A stretch of 64,000 nt of DNA from Ginglymostoma cirratum (taxonomy: Eukaryota): NCBI GenBank assembly GCA_024137785.1, contig JAHRHZ010000111.1, forward strand, positions 9,538,530 through 9,602,529, written 5' to 3'. Positions within the stretch are counted from its first letter, which is position 1. Each line of letters opens with the position of its first letter. Made by a program: the position numbers and the translations under genes. Shown here one piece after another: positions 28,659-41,589 of the stretch. The notes beneath the pieces are model-generated. The model was not told where the DNA came from and made no database searches. It was given only the letters and a program-made list of their open reading frames with translations.

Positions 28659-31600
28659 CTGGAAATAAGACAGAATAAACAGTATTTTATGATAAACTAA
28701 GTGACTATTTTTAAAATTGCAAACTTCATGTTAGGGAACAACCAATGCGCAAATTTCTCTCATGAAAACATACAAGTACAAGCCTTTGCACAAGATATTT
28801 CCTTCATTAGTTAGCGGTTGCATCAAATTGAATTCATCTGAAACCCTAAACCTGTTTGTAACAACTGTGTTTTGGTCACACATGAAAGGAGATTAACTGA
28901 AGTTGCCTTTAGTCGTAGCTAATTGTGGAGAAAAAGGTTCATTTGGAATTTAAGTTCAAAACTATTTAAAACAAATAACCAAACCTTGACAAACGTGTAG
29001 AAGTTGGTATAATGTTGCTCACACTGAATTCTGAGAAAGTTCAATTTGAAGTTTAAATTTCATTTACTTGATAGAAATTAACGATTTCTCTGCTCCTTTT
29101 GACATTTATTTTCTGAAAATTATACTGGAGAATTAGGAAAATCCCAAAATTAGAGAAACATTTTTGAGATTACAATTAACACGAGATTCTGGCACAAGGT
29201 ATACTGCTGTAAAAGAGGTCATTTTTCCCCCAGCAGCTCTGTGCCTGTTCTTCAAAGAACAAACTAGTTAGGCTCTCTACTCCACTGTTTCCCCCGATCC
29301 TTGCAATTTTTCTTCTTAAAGTAGTCATTCAATTCCTTTGCAAAAGCTCCAGTTGTATCTGTGTCCATTACATCCAAATTCTAACTACTAAAACAAAAGT
29401 CAAGTCTCATTCTTTTATCTTCTCCAAAATCTACATATCCTTCCTAAAGTGTGGTGCCCAAAATCTGACATAATACTCCAGCTGGGAGTTTTCCATGAAC
29501 TTTTACACAAAACCTCCTGGCTCCTGTACTCTATAAATGGAAACAAAATCCAGGACCCTATACATTTTATTAATTGCTCTGTTAAACTGTCCTGAACCAG
29601 TTAATAATCTGTGCACAAGTAGCCTCAGGTCATTGTTTTCATTCAAAAATTTTTATAAATGGTGCCATTTATTATATTCTCGCTCATTCTTTCTACTAAA
29701 ATATTGTATCACCTCACAATTTGCTATGTTGAATTTCATCTGCAACATGTCCTCACATTTCATTTGTCTATCTCCATCACCTTGAAGGCTATTACTCCCT
29801 ATATCAGTGTTAGTGCACTTCTAAGTTTTGTCTCATCTGGAAATTTTGAAATTGTGTCAGTAAATCTAGTCCTAGTTATTATTGTGGATCAGAAATAGCA
29901 GTGGTCCGATATACTTGCCTCCCAATAAAAACAATACTTTGAATAAAACTGTTGTCCTACACACGCTTCAACATGTACATTTTGTTGATGTAAACTCAAG
30001 AATGAGGTAATCCCAGATTTAGCTACACAGTGGGACTTTGCTCCATGAATTCTAGGATGCCTGTACACATTCTGTAATAAACAGCAATGCATTGCATGTC
30101 ACAGCTAATAAATCCATTTTGAAATTAAGAACTTATATTAAGATTTTAAAACAAAAAGGAGAAAAAGTGCAAAATCCTGGAGTCATAGAAATCAGGTAGC
30201 CCCCCCCCACCCCCACATTGTTAAAGTGCTAAATACTATGAAAACATGCTGGTCATTACCATGTGAACTATACCCCAGAGTGATGCTCACAGCATCAACA
30301 GAATTCAGAAGTACTGTTTCTTACTTCATTTTACAAGAGAAAGAAGTAGATGTGAAACATAAGCTCCCAGGCATCCTGTAACTTATGAAAGAATGCTCTC
30401 AGCCTTTGCAATGGTGCACGTAAGAGTGAATTTTAAACAACCTTGACCACAACAGCCATATATACTCACTTTTCGTAAGCATCTTACCTTTCTTTTGCCA
30501 GAACGGAGAGGCCTTGCAAAAGAATGGGTACCACTGTTTGATCCAGATACGCCCGAGTTGGAAGGGACTGCAGATCCACTTTCTGTTTAGATGTTTTCTC
30601 CGCATTCAGTTTTTCATTCTCAACTATCCTCTATTCCATTCAGGAAAAAATAAAAAGCTTTAACTTTAATCCTCATGGTACATCTTCAACAGAAGTGTTC
30701 TTATGTCGTTTGTAAGGCAAATAGGATTGCTATCAATGATCACTGACAAAGTTCAATACAAAAGATGTTCCTTCATGTATTTTAAAAATGGGATTCATGA
30801 TTGTCCTGCATTACTCTTCTACTAACCTTCACAAGCAAAAGAACAGTAAACATTCCCAGGCAAATATTGTTCTGACTCTAGTTAGTGAGGGGGGGCTTAG
30901 GGCAATTATTGTAGGAAGCACCTTCTATTGAAGTACAATGGAGATCAAATCAAAGTTTGTGGGTTGGGGAGGGAATTAAATCTGTGGCAAAACACTGTAT
31001 AACCTAAAACAAACCCTTGAAATTATATTCTTCGTGATGCACCTTTGACTCATTCAAGTGTCCATGGCTCGTTTGTGAACACAAACAGTAAACATCAGTG
31101 TGCTCAGTTTTGATGAGTCATATTGGATTCAAAATATTAACAGTCTCCACAGATGCTGTCAGACCTGCTGAGTTTCTCCAGCTTTTTCTGTTTTCATTTC
31201 AGATTTCCAGTTTCTTCAGTATATTGTTCTCACTTAAAGATCACTGGACTACTTAACTGTAAGGGCTTTAATTTAAAGTATCATACTGCCCAAATGCACT
31301 TTACAGCAGTAGCATCACTTAATAGATACCAGGAAAAACTGATCAAGAGGGCAGTCAAAATAGCCAAGAACCTTAAGAGAAGAGCATAAAATAGTTAATA
31401 TACTTCATCTAAGTGTTCACAGAAACGGTTCTAAAAACCAAGCTGTATCAGTTCTCCTGGCTGATTTACTCGGTGCTATGTGGAATAATGGCACAGCCAT
31501 GGAGACCTAAATAGGAGACTAGGCAAAGTTCAATGAAAAATAATAACCAGGGAGGTGCTATGATTTATAATATTCCATCCAAATGTGCAAACTCAATCCT

Positions 31601-34600
31601 GAGTTTTAAGCATTTAAATTAATTCAAAATGAATTTATTTTAATGGTATTTGTTAATCTATGAATACAATGGCACTTATTGTTAAATGCCACACAGTTTA
31701 CACAAATGTAATTACATACAGATCGGATAAGGTGCGAAGACCAAAGAGCAGCATAAAATTTTATACCTTCTCCAAATATTCAAGACAAACAGTATTTTAA
31801 AATCCCAAGCCCCGTTAGCTTTATTTCATACTTACTGTTGACTCATACGCTGGCTGGAATGTCTGCAAACAATCCCTAAGACTAGATTAGGAAAGCTTTA
31901 ACAAAAGTTAATGAAGGTTTACCAAATACATATGATTATACAGGGCAATGTATTGAAGATAACTTCAATTTAATTGCACAGGGAGACTTGTATATGTATA
32001 GGTTTGACAGTGTGTGAACCTGCCTCTGGAGTAAACTGCCACATGGCTCAGTTTAGTACCTGCACATTCTCAGAGAGACCGTACTCCGCGTGAGGATTTT
32101 CTGATATCTGAAAAAAAAAAAGACAGACATTGTCTGGAGAACAGTACAATTTTTGTCCTAGCCAAATAAAAGACAAGATATTTGTGTTCTTGTGTCTCAC
32201 TTAATTCCAGTCTCGTATTACCTGCATCTGTCCTTCCAGGTTTGGTTCTGCAAGCGTTTCACTATGCTCTAAGGAAGTAAAGACATGACAATAAAATTAA
32301 ATCATGACTCAGCACAGTTCTTTATCCACATAAGTCAGGGCAAAAAATTCCTACATGCTGGAGGTCCATCAAATCTTAATAAAAGCATCAAGCAAATTCT
32401 GGCAAATACAATTGTTGTTTTCTGATAACCAGATACATTCCACTTATATAAGCAAATACTCCTGTTGATTATGGCAGACATGTTCACTAACTGAATCTGG
32501 AGGTTGGGAACCTGAAGACAACAATAGCGGACGGAATGAAACAAATAATAACGTGTACTGATAGTATCCTCTGTAATCACCACCAGGAATGTCAAATGTG
32601 TTTTGCCAACCTGATGCCAGGGTAGGGAATATTTCAACGTACCTGGAAAGGACAGGAGACAATCCAGTTATGACGTTCATTTCAGGTCCAATGACATAGG
32701 GAAGGAGTAATGAACTTAGAGAAGTCAGGATCTAAATAATAAAGTAGGATCTCAAGGGTGACAATCTCAGTTATTACTAAAGCCTCATTCTAATTGGCAT
32801 TGGAACAAAGAGGAAGATGAACATGTGGCTAAAAAAGGTGTTTTGGGAAGAACAGGTTCGATTTTAAGGGATATTGGCTCATTCCCTGGTTCAGGCGATA
32901 GTTGTACAAATATGTCAGTCTGCATCAGAACCAGGCTGGCACAAGATCTGATGTAGTGAAGATTTTATTAGATTTTGTAGGACAGGGAGTGGCTCAGTGA
33001 GTAGCAACAGCAAAAATTGTAGAGTTAAGGTCATAGTAATATACATTACTCCAGATTATGGGAACACTAATAACAACAAATTTCCAAATAAGAATCAAGT
33101 TAAACAATGTGAGAAAAACAGCATAAACCCAAGATGACAAGTAGGACTTCTTGCCCGAGCAAATGTTTTGTATATTAATTGTATAAAACTAAATTGACTG
33201 AATTAGAAGCACAAATACACATTCTAGAGAATGACATGATAGTCATGCTTTCAAGTCACTGATGAGTGGAAGTTAAATATTCCAAATGTAACGTCTTCAG
33301 AAAGATAAATGAAACTGGTAGGAGAGCAGTCTTATTGATTTGAGATAATATTACTACATTAGGAAGAAAGGACATAGTTTTTGCTGATTGCTTTCATTTA
33401 TCTATGGTCAGAACTGAGGTAAAACATACAATGTTGTCTCTAGGTCACCAGAAAGCAATGACAAGTAAGAATGTGTTGCGAGATGAATAGCAAAAGCAGA
33501 GTTGTAGTAATGGGAGAGTATTTTTCACATATTAAGAGGCTCAAGTCAGATAGTAAATTTTGAGACCACTCGTTATTTTCTGGAACAAAATATTTAGAAC
33601 AAACAAAAGGGCACTCATGTTAGATTTAACAATCAGTGATATGCCTCTTAATAATCCAATATTATATTATCAAATTGAAGGATAGATTTAAAAGAGAAAT
33701 AAAATAAGTTAAGAAAGATGACTTTGGATTTTGGCAAGGGTAATTTTAGGATAAAGCAGACTGAAAACAGCATACCACTCAAGGAAGCATACGCTGCTCT
33801 ACAATGATTTAGAGGGATTCAAGAAGGCAGCTCATCACTTTCTCAAGGGCAATTAGGGACAAGCATTAAATGGTGGCCCAGCCAGCAACGCCCATAGCCC
33901 ATGAGATGTATAGGGGTTTCCCAATTTACAAACATCTGACTTATGAACACTCATACTTATGAATGCAATCTCATACAAGGGTGTAATTTTAGTCTCGCCA
34001 TGCAAACATTTCCCATATTTAGGAACAGGATCTTTATATTGTCCTACATTGTTTGTCAATTTACACACAAATTGACATGTGAATGGACTCCAGAATGGAA
34101 TCCATTTGCGACCCAAGGACTGCCTGTACAAAATGAGAGGCACAGACAGGGTAGACAGGAAGGAATTTTTCCCCTTGATGGAGTGACCAATGACTGGGAG
34201 CATAGTTTCAAGGTACAAATTAGAAGGTTTAGAGGAAATGTGAAGAAATTCTTCTATCACTCAGTGGAAGGTGGGAATCTGGAACTCACTACCTGTTAGG
34301 GGTGGTAGAGGTAGAAACCCTCATAACATTGAAGTGGTATTTAGATGTATACGTGATGCTAAGGCATACGAGGCTATAGGCCAAGTGCTGGAAAATGGGA
34401 CTAAAATAGTAGTTGTTTCTGACTAGCACAAACTCAATTGCCTGAAGAGCATTTTTATGTGCTGTAGACCTCTGTGACTCTACGTAATCTATCCTTTCTA
34501 AATCCAGACTAGTTTTCTTTAATAGGCTCGAATTCCTTGTGTTCAGTCACTTTGTTCCTATTTGTACACTTCAACAGACTATAAATTTATAATTTCCTAA

Positions 34601-37600
34601 CTTCTCTTTCACTTTTCCTAAATAACAATCAACATTTACAATGGATGTGTGTATTTGAATTCTCAGAAAGCTTTCAATAAAGTGCCGTCCAGGTGGTTAG
34701 GAAAAAAATTAGAGCATGAGATAGTTGGTAATACATAGACTGAGGATTGAGAAACTGAGTTAATGTTAAGTCTTGCAAGACTCTTCTTCAGAACTGAAAG
34801 GTGTTATAAAATAGGTTTTTCTTTAATACTTTTGACAGAGGCAAAGTAGGAGCAAGACAGCAGATGGCTTGGATGATGGTTGCTCAAGATCAAGCCCGAT
34901 CTTATTATCAAATCTGCCATAAGGGTGGTGCATCATCTGGACTTAGAGACCTCGACTGGGCAGAAGCTGAGGGCCAACACTCAGACACCTCATGTCACGT
35001 CTTGCAATATGACCCCTCCATCAAGCTGTTTCTAGGACTGTCATGGGCCTTCTCTCTTCTGGAGATTCTCCACCCCCCACTCCCACCATCCAGCTTCCCA
35101 TCTCAGTCACCTGAGCCTATACAGCCTGCTTCCATGTCCTTCCCAAAGTGGAATGTCATGGCAGATTTATCATTTCAGACTGTTCCTGCCCCACTAAACT
35201 AATTTCTTCCTGTCTTGACTATTTCCTTTCTCCCTCTTGTTCTGTCTCTTCCCACCTACATTTGAGATTCTTCTGATGCTTTATATTGGTTCCAAAATTT
35301 CCAGTTTTCTGGTTTTAGCCACTTTCTCCACCATGGATGTGCAATCCCTTCATTCAACTATTCCTTTCACTTTCTTACATTCCCTCCCATCCCTTTTCCC
35401 CCATAGCCATGTTGTATTTGTGTTGTTTACTCATTTATTTAGTAGAAAAGGACCTAGTTTCTCCATTTCACACCAAATTTCATCCTTTAATAGCTTTCTT
35501 GTTCTAACAACCCTTCATCTTTTGCAAAGGACTTGTACACCATTTGCCCTCTTGCTTCCCTTCTGCCTCTGTCAAAAGTATTCAATAAAACTATTTTCCA
35601 TCACCTTCTAGTTCTGAGGAGTCATACCAGACTCAAAAAAATTAAACTGTTTCTCTCTCCACAGATGCTACCAGACCCATTGAGTTTCTGCAGCATTGTG
35701 TTTGTTTCGGATATCCAGCATTCACTGTATTTTGCCTTCAATAGACCGAGCAGTGTTTAATGGAAAGAAAACGAGAAATAAAAAGATAATTCTCAGGTTT
35801 TCAAGCTGTGGCCAGTGAGATAACATTAGGATCAGCACTTGGGCCTCAGCTACTCATAATCCATATTAAGGATTTGGATTTTGGGACATTTTCAGGCTTA
35901 CAGATGGCACAAACTACATAGGAATGTTACAAAGATGATGTAAAGAGGCTTCAGGAGGTTTTGGATAGGCTGAGTGAATGGGCAGTATAGCAGATGGAAT
36001 ATAATGTGGATAAATGTTATCCATTTTGGTTGGAAGAACAGAGGTGCAAAGTATTTCTTAAATGGAGAGAGATTACTAAGTGTAAGGCGGGCAAAGGGAC
36101 CCGAAGTACTAACTCAATGAAAGCTAACATGTAGGACCGGAAAGCAACTGGGAAGTCAAATGGTATGTTGGCCTTTATCACAGAAGATTTGCATACAAGA
36201 GTAAAGATGTCACAACTGTACAGATAATTGAGAGGCAACACCTGGAATATTGTTTTGGTCCCCTTACCTAAAGAAGGATGTATTTTCCTCAGGGGGTGCA
36301 CAGTGGAGGTTGACCAGACCTCTCATCACCAGAGTTTAGGAGAATGAGTTGTGATTATTGCTAGTACAGAACTTGAATATTGATGAAAAGAGACATGTTG
36401 CTGCTGCTGCTTTTCATTCTGATATCAGCACAAACAAGAATGCTAAATTTTAAACATTCATAACAATAAATACTAGAGAAGAAATTGATGTTGATTGGTT
36501 GGCAAGTTCTGCCTGGCTGAGGCATTGCCACAAAGAAAGCAACAGGGAACTATCAGCTCCCTAAGCTTTTAGGTAATTAGGAAAGGTACAAGGCTTCAGC
36601 ATATTCCAGGCAACAGGTCCCCGAATATGACTATATCACTTCCAGAAAATATAAACCAACCATGTTAAGTTCATCTGATTATCTTAATGCCAAAGCAGAA
36701 ATTGCTGGAAAAACTCAGCAGGGCCCTTCTGAAGAGGAGTCACTGGACCCGAAACGTTAACTTTGATTTCTCTCTACAGATGCTGCCAGACTTGCTAAGA
36801 TTTTCCAGCAATTTCTGCTTTGGTTTTGATTTCCAGCATCCACAGTTCTCTTTTTTTTTTAAATTATCTTAACAAATAGGCTAAATGTCCCATCAATTGG
36901 TTAATTGAATCAAATAACATGTACTTTTATTGTTTGTAACAGATAGCGTACAGACCACACTCAACCAGACCACCCTTGCAAAATCCAAATCCCAAAGGCC
37001 TACTATTAGGTGGTTCTCCAGTTGAGGAGCATTCATTATGCAGTCATGAGCACATTATGTTATATTGGTTATTAGTGTAGCTGTTAATCAGTTGAGTTTA
37101 TAGTATGACTCATTTATGCTTTCTGGAAGTAGTATAAACTCACAATCTGGAACCTCTCGCAATAAACAGAAGGAATATGTTCAACCCTTCCAACCTTAAA
37201 AAATTACTCAGGCACTAGAAGCTTAAAATATCTTTTTTAACTTGTCAACTAAACATTTTCTCCTATAATTGTTTGATCATTTGAAATTTGGTATTGTATT
37301 TGTCCCAATGAGCGCAAGATGAAAAACTTCTGCAACATGCTTCTCTCTGAAGCAATATTCAACTTTCCTTTGGAAAGTTCCAGCCTTGACTGAAATAGTT
37401 TCCCTCCTTTGATGTAATGACTGCCACAAATTATGGAATTTGAGCTGATTTGAAAAGAAAACCAACATGAATTTGAAAATTTAAGTAAAATGCAAAGGGA
37501 CTTCACATCAGCTGTGGGCTCAAGTAAGTAGATAAGGGGTTAGTGAAGGAAGGTGGAATTAAATGACAATGTCGGCTCAAAGGGCCAAATTGCTTTTTGC

Positions 37601-38308
37601 AGCCTTATATCACAGCTTCAAGCAGTCTCCAGAAATTTGAATGCAACGTAGGCTGACAGTACAGTATTGTGTCCGTAATACACGAGAAGTGACTAATGGG
37701 GCTGCGATAAGATGCACAGAACGGATAAGTGAGCATAGAAGGCTATAAGGCGCTGGGCGAAACCAGGAGCCACTGCGAGTCAATAAAAGATAAACCCTTC
37801 ATTTAAGGGTTTAGGCCCGAAACGTCAAGTTTTCCTGCTCCTATGATGCTGCTTGACCTGCTGTGTTCATCCAGCCCCATGCTTGTTATCTCGGATTCTC
37901 CAGCATCTGCAGTACCTTTTATCTCCGAGTCAATAAAAGTTGTTGCTAACAACAAATCGTTGCGCTGTTACCTAGCATTCACCTCTGCCTCACAAACTTC
38001 TGGCAATAAGCCGGGAAGAAACACCTCAGTGTAGGTAAAGGGGACAGTCAAGTGTAGAAGGAGGTCGGGAAAGCTAACGCAGCGCTGAGAAACCGAGAGC
38101 GGCGGGTCTTTAAGATCTTACAGGCTGAGATAGCCTGACTACATTTAGCACAGAATACTCATCGTCACTTCAGCGAATTCGACCTCGGCCACAGGTCGAG
38201 GCTCAGAATGCCGTCTCCAGCTCACCCAGATAAAACAAGCAACCAAATTGTATTTTTTTTAGAAAAAAGGAGGCCTGGCTCAAATCTAAAGCACCTACCT
38301 TCCGCCAT
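28586..38308 (-). CDS. DPY30: Protein dpy-30 homolog (COMPASS/MLL subunit), complement join(38299-38308,32222-32268,32060-32107,30488-30630,28586-28658); 106 aa
   Basis: Translation: [106 protein letters not shown]. All introns GT-AG. Missed by the ORF track. Confidence 0.96.
30488..30630 (-). CDS. DPY30: DPY30 exon 4 (Dpy-30 motif [19 protein letters not shown])
   Basis: 143 nt, gtaaga donor. Confidence 0.97.
32060..32107 (-). CDS. DPY30: DPY30 exon 3 ([16 protein letters not shown])
   Basis: 48 nt, poly-T-cag acceptor, gtact donor. Confidence 0.95.
32222..32268 (-). CDS. DPY30: DPY30 exon 2
   Basis: 47 nt, ccttag acceptor and gtaata donor, encodes ..NLEGQMQ. Confidence 0.9.
33911..34126. 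mobile_element. TcMar-Tigger-like MITE
   Basis: TA-flanked, with degenerate TIRs (taggggtttcccaatttac... / ...gcgacccaaggactgcctg). Confidence 0.55.
34750..35740 (+). mobile_element. Decayed Penelope-like element (RT remnant) with inverted terminal units
   Basis: KGGA and TMDVQSL.STIP RT motifs. Hammerhead-like units at about 34755-34795 (-) and 35611-35645 (+). Confidence 0.65.
36688..36862 (+). mobile_element. Family B PLE mini-element with fold-back arm, hammerhead core and 10-bp TSD
   Basis: CTGAAGA-GGAGTCACTGGACCC-GAAACGTT at 36729-36758. ATTATCTTAA at 36678 and 36863. Confidence 0.8.
37790..37925 (+). mobile_element. Family A PLE mini-element, 14-bp TSD
   Basis: CGAGTCAATAAAAG at 37776 and 37926. 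The core has lost CUGA through a small 5' inversion. Confidence 0.8.
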
Positions 38309-38570
38309 GTTTGTTGACCGTTTCTACGCACTACTTCCCGTCCCCGGTGAGACGAGCTCGGCGATTGGTCGTCACTATCCCGGCCTCCATTGGATGCGAG
38401 CTTCGATTGGTTCGACTGTTACCACTTTTGAGAGAATGAAGGGTATTGGCTACAGTTGTGAGTGGGCAGGGCCACGCATGCGGTGAGACGCGGGCGGGCG
38501 GGACCGTTGGAACCAGTCGACGCATGCTCAGTCCTGGCAGCCAGGAGGTGGTACAAAGCCGGTGGTTGTA
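38060..38570 (-). promoter_or_regulatory. DPY30 CpG-island promoter with four CCAAT boxes, GC boxes and a YY1-like site over the start codon
   Basis: ATTGG at 38364, 38389, 38406 and 38445. GGGCGGGCGGG near 38492. AACATGGCGG on - at 38302-38311. Confidence 0.8.
38299..38308 (-). CDS. DPY30: DPY30 exon 1 coding part (ATG GCG GAA G)
   Basis: aacATGG Kozak context and GTAGGT donor, within a CpG island. Phase fits the next exon. Confidence 0.85.
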
Positions 38571-38769
38571 ATATTGTGGTGGCTTCAAGTGTCAAATGTT
38601 GGCTGGGGAAATTATTGAATAAAAGACTCGTGGAGCAATATTATCATTAACATGATAAACTACAGTTTAGTTAAAAGTGAATGTATATATGATGCGTGGC
38701 CACGTCAGTTCAGTTCATTTCCAAATCAGCAAGGTTTGAGGGCAAAACAGCATCTTGCATACAGGTGCA

Positions 38770-38890
38770 GAGATAGTAGGAACTGCCGTTGCTGGAGAAT
38801 CAAGGTGTACAGCTGGATGAACACAGCAGGCCAAGCAGCATCAGAGGAGCAGGAAAAGCTGACGTTTCAGGTCTGGACCCTCTTCAGAAA
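38770..38890 (-). mobile_element. Family A PLE mini-element with intact hammerhead core
   Basis: Minus strand CTGAAGA-GGGTCCAGACCT-GAAACGTC at 38887-38861. Confidence 0.8.
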
Positions 38891-39379
38891 ATATAGGTAG
38901 GGTCTTAAACAATATAAAACACCCCGAGGCACTTCGCAGAAGACTCATGCTAAATGTGAAACCTAGCCACATAAGGAGATATGTCTTGCTGCTCAGGTCA
39001 GATGACCAAATGTTTTGTCAAAAAGGTACATCTTATGGAGAATGTTAAAGGAGGAAAATTCAGCAAACCCATTTTGGCTCTTGCTGAATTTTAAAGGAGG
39101 AAAGTGATGGAAAAAGACAAGGAGATGAAGGGAGGAAATTGATATTGTTCTTGGTGCTGAGCACCAATAGCTAGAGTGATGGAATGCAAGTCAGTGAACA
39201 TATCCAGCTGACAATGAGTGTACTGGATTTGGCGTTGAATGGCAGCCACCAACCTGTCAATGCAGGCAGCCAGATGCTTGTGTGCCAGAGGCAGCAATGG
39301 TATGGATATAAAACTGGAGTTCTGAAGAAGTCATGCCAGACTTGAAAGAATAATTCTATTTCTCTGCAGAGATGGATAA

Positions 39380-39930
39380 CACAGTGGCTCAGTGGTTAGT
39401 ACTGTTGCTTCACCCAGGTTCAATTCCAACCATTCTCCACCCATAAGGCAATCAACAAACACATTGAATTGGACCCCGTATACAAACCCATACAGATCAA
39501 AACTGGAAATGACACTACTCACCATAACGGACCAAACAGTAAAAATTCCAAGCGGAGTAGAAGAACACCGCTTCATCGGAGGCTCCACCTAGCATGGTGA
39601 CAAAACGTCTGAACGAGAACAAGCTAGCTCAGCGAGCAAGTCAACAACCTCAATTCCAACTTCAGGTGACTGTGTGGAGTTTGCATGTTCTCAAGGTGTC
39701 TGCATTGGTTTCCATGAGGTAATCCCACAGTCCAAAGATGTGCATGTTAGATGGATTGGCCATGCTAAATTACTCTGTAGTGTCCAGGGATGTGCAGGCT
39801 AGGTGGATTAGCCATGGTAAATGCTGAGTTATGGGGATAGGGTGGGGGCTGTGTCAGGGTGGGTGGTCTTCTGAAGGTCAGTGCACATTGATGGGCTAAA
39901 TGCCCTCTTTCCGCACTATAGGGATTCTGT
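39380..39930 (+). mobile_element. HE1-like SINE interrupted by a PLE 3' fragment (39431-39649)
   Basis: A-box gtggctcagtgg and B-box ggttcaattcc. TSD TCAATTCCAAC at 39420 and 39650. Confidence 0.8.
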
Positions 39931-40599
39931 GAGATGCTACCCTTATGCAGAAGTGCAGAAGTCATTTGTGAACTCCAATAACCTTGGAATTTGTCTGCTC
40001 AATGCTTCTGACAAACCTGCCTGGCACTCCTTGAATGAAATCCAATACTCAGGTTTTTTTTCCTGCAGGGACTCCAGCAATCTTCCGAGCACCAGTGACC
40101 TTGGGTGTTTCTTCCTCAACCAACCGGAAGGGAGGGTCAGAAGGTGGAATGGAAGGGAGTGCTAGATGTGGTAGGTCTTAGTAGGTATGGAGATTTTTGA
40201 ATCACTATGTAAGCAATCATGATCCTGTCCTGATAGGGAGATCCTCTTCCCCTAAGGAATGAATGTTGGGCACTCCACCACCCATTTTGGCTCTTGCTGA
40301 ATTGTGAAGAGATGTTTCCTTCTGGAATGAGACAAAGAGAAGGATTGACTGAGATAGAAATGGCTGGCAATGCTGTTGGTAGTGGGGGAAAGATGGAGAG
40401 GTGTTCCAATTATGTGACTAGGCAGTGCAGAGGCCATGCAGGATGCAGGATAATTCGTCTAGAGTGATTAGGATGGGTATAAGCAAGTGAGGGAAGATGT
40501 TTCATGCAATAATGACAGTAAACATGACTGTTAGTGGGAGGTGGGTACAGTCGCAGAGCTAGAGAGTATGAGGGAGCAGAGAGACGATGGCGACATTTA

Positions 40600-40860
40600 C
40601 ACTTGCAGAGTGTAGATTGTCATTAACCATTTTTCTGCACAGATGGGAATTCTTCCAGACCACAGACATTGCACTGACCTGAATGGCAACTTCAGACCCG
40701 GCTGTCAGGATCTGATGCGGTGGTTTCCTATGGTGGCCCTGAAGAAAGAGGGTCAGCCTTCCTCTGCATCACCGCACCCGCCTACCAGGATGACCTCCAA
40801 GTCCCTGTTGATGAAGTGGGGAGCCAACTTCTCTTGCTGAGCTTTCTCTGGGACATTTCT
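40600..40860 (-). mobile_element. Decayed Myb/SANT ORF, probably a PIF/Harbinger remnant
   Basis: Frameshifted minus-strand pieces RDLEVIL... and SAMSVVWKNSHLCRKWL resemble Myb/SANT-like helices. Confidence 0.45.
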
Positions 40861-41589
40861 TCACACACAGGAAACTGACTGACAGCATGGACAAACAGGA
40901 GGCTGGAAGAATACAGTAGGTCAGGCAGCATCTGGAGGAAAGGAGCGATATTTCTCTGGTAACACCCTTCTTAAGGACTGGATGTGGGGGTAGGGCGAGC
41001 TGCAGATAAAGATGGGGGGGGGGTGGAGGGTTGGAGGCAGAATGGTGGTGATAGGTGGACACTGGTGGTAGGTACGACCTGGTTGATCAATGGGAGGGAT
41101 GAATCCGGTTGGTGGCCGGAAGGGAGGGTCAGAAGGTGGAATGGAAGGGAGTGCTAGATCTGGTTCCCAGCTGCGTATTAAAAATGGCAATGGTGCCAGG
41201 AATTCTACAGGTTCCTGGCAGTGGTGAGGACTTCCAACACTGGTGAGTGCCTGATAGCAGTAGCAGGCACCATAGATGTAATGTGCATACATAATGAGGT
41301 GAGTGGCACAGAATTGCAAGAGATAACTGACTAGAACTTATAGAGAAACAGCTCTTCATGAAAATCCCTGAAACTGACAATTAATCATGGTTCTGAGTTT
41401 ATTGATGTTACTGTAATTATGTACATATATAGACAGCTGATTGGCTTAACAAATTACACTGACTTTGTTACACACAGAGTGACTGCAGGTGTGGCAGGTA
41501 CCGTTAAATCAAAACGTCACACAATTCAATGTCATGTAACTCTCTTAACACTACCGTGCCTATGTCCTCTAGAATCTATGCTGTAATAC

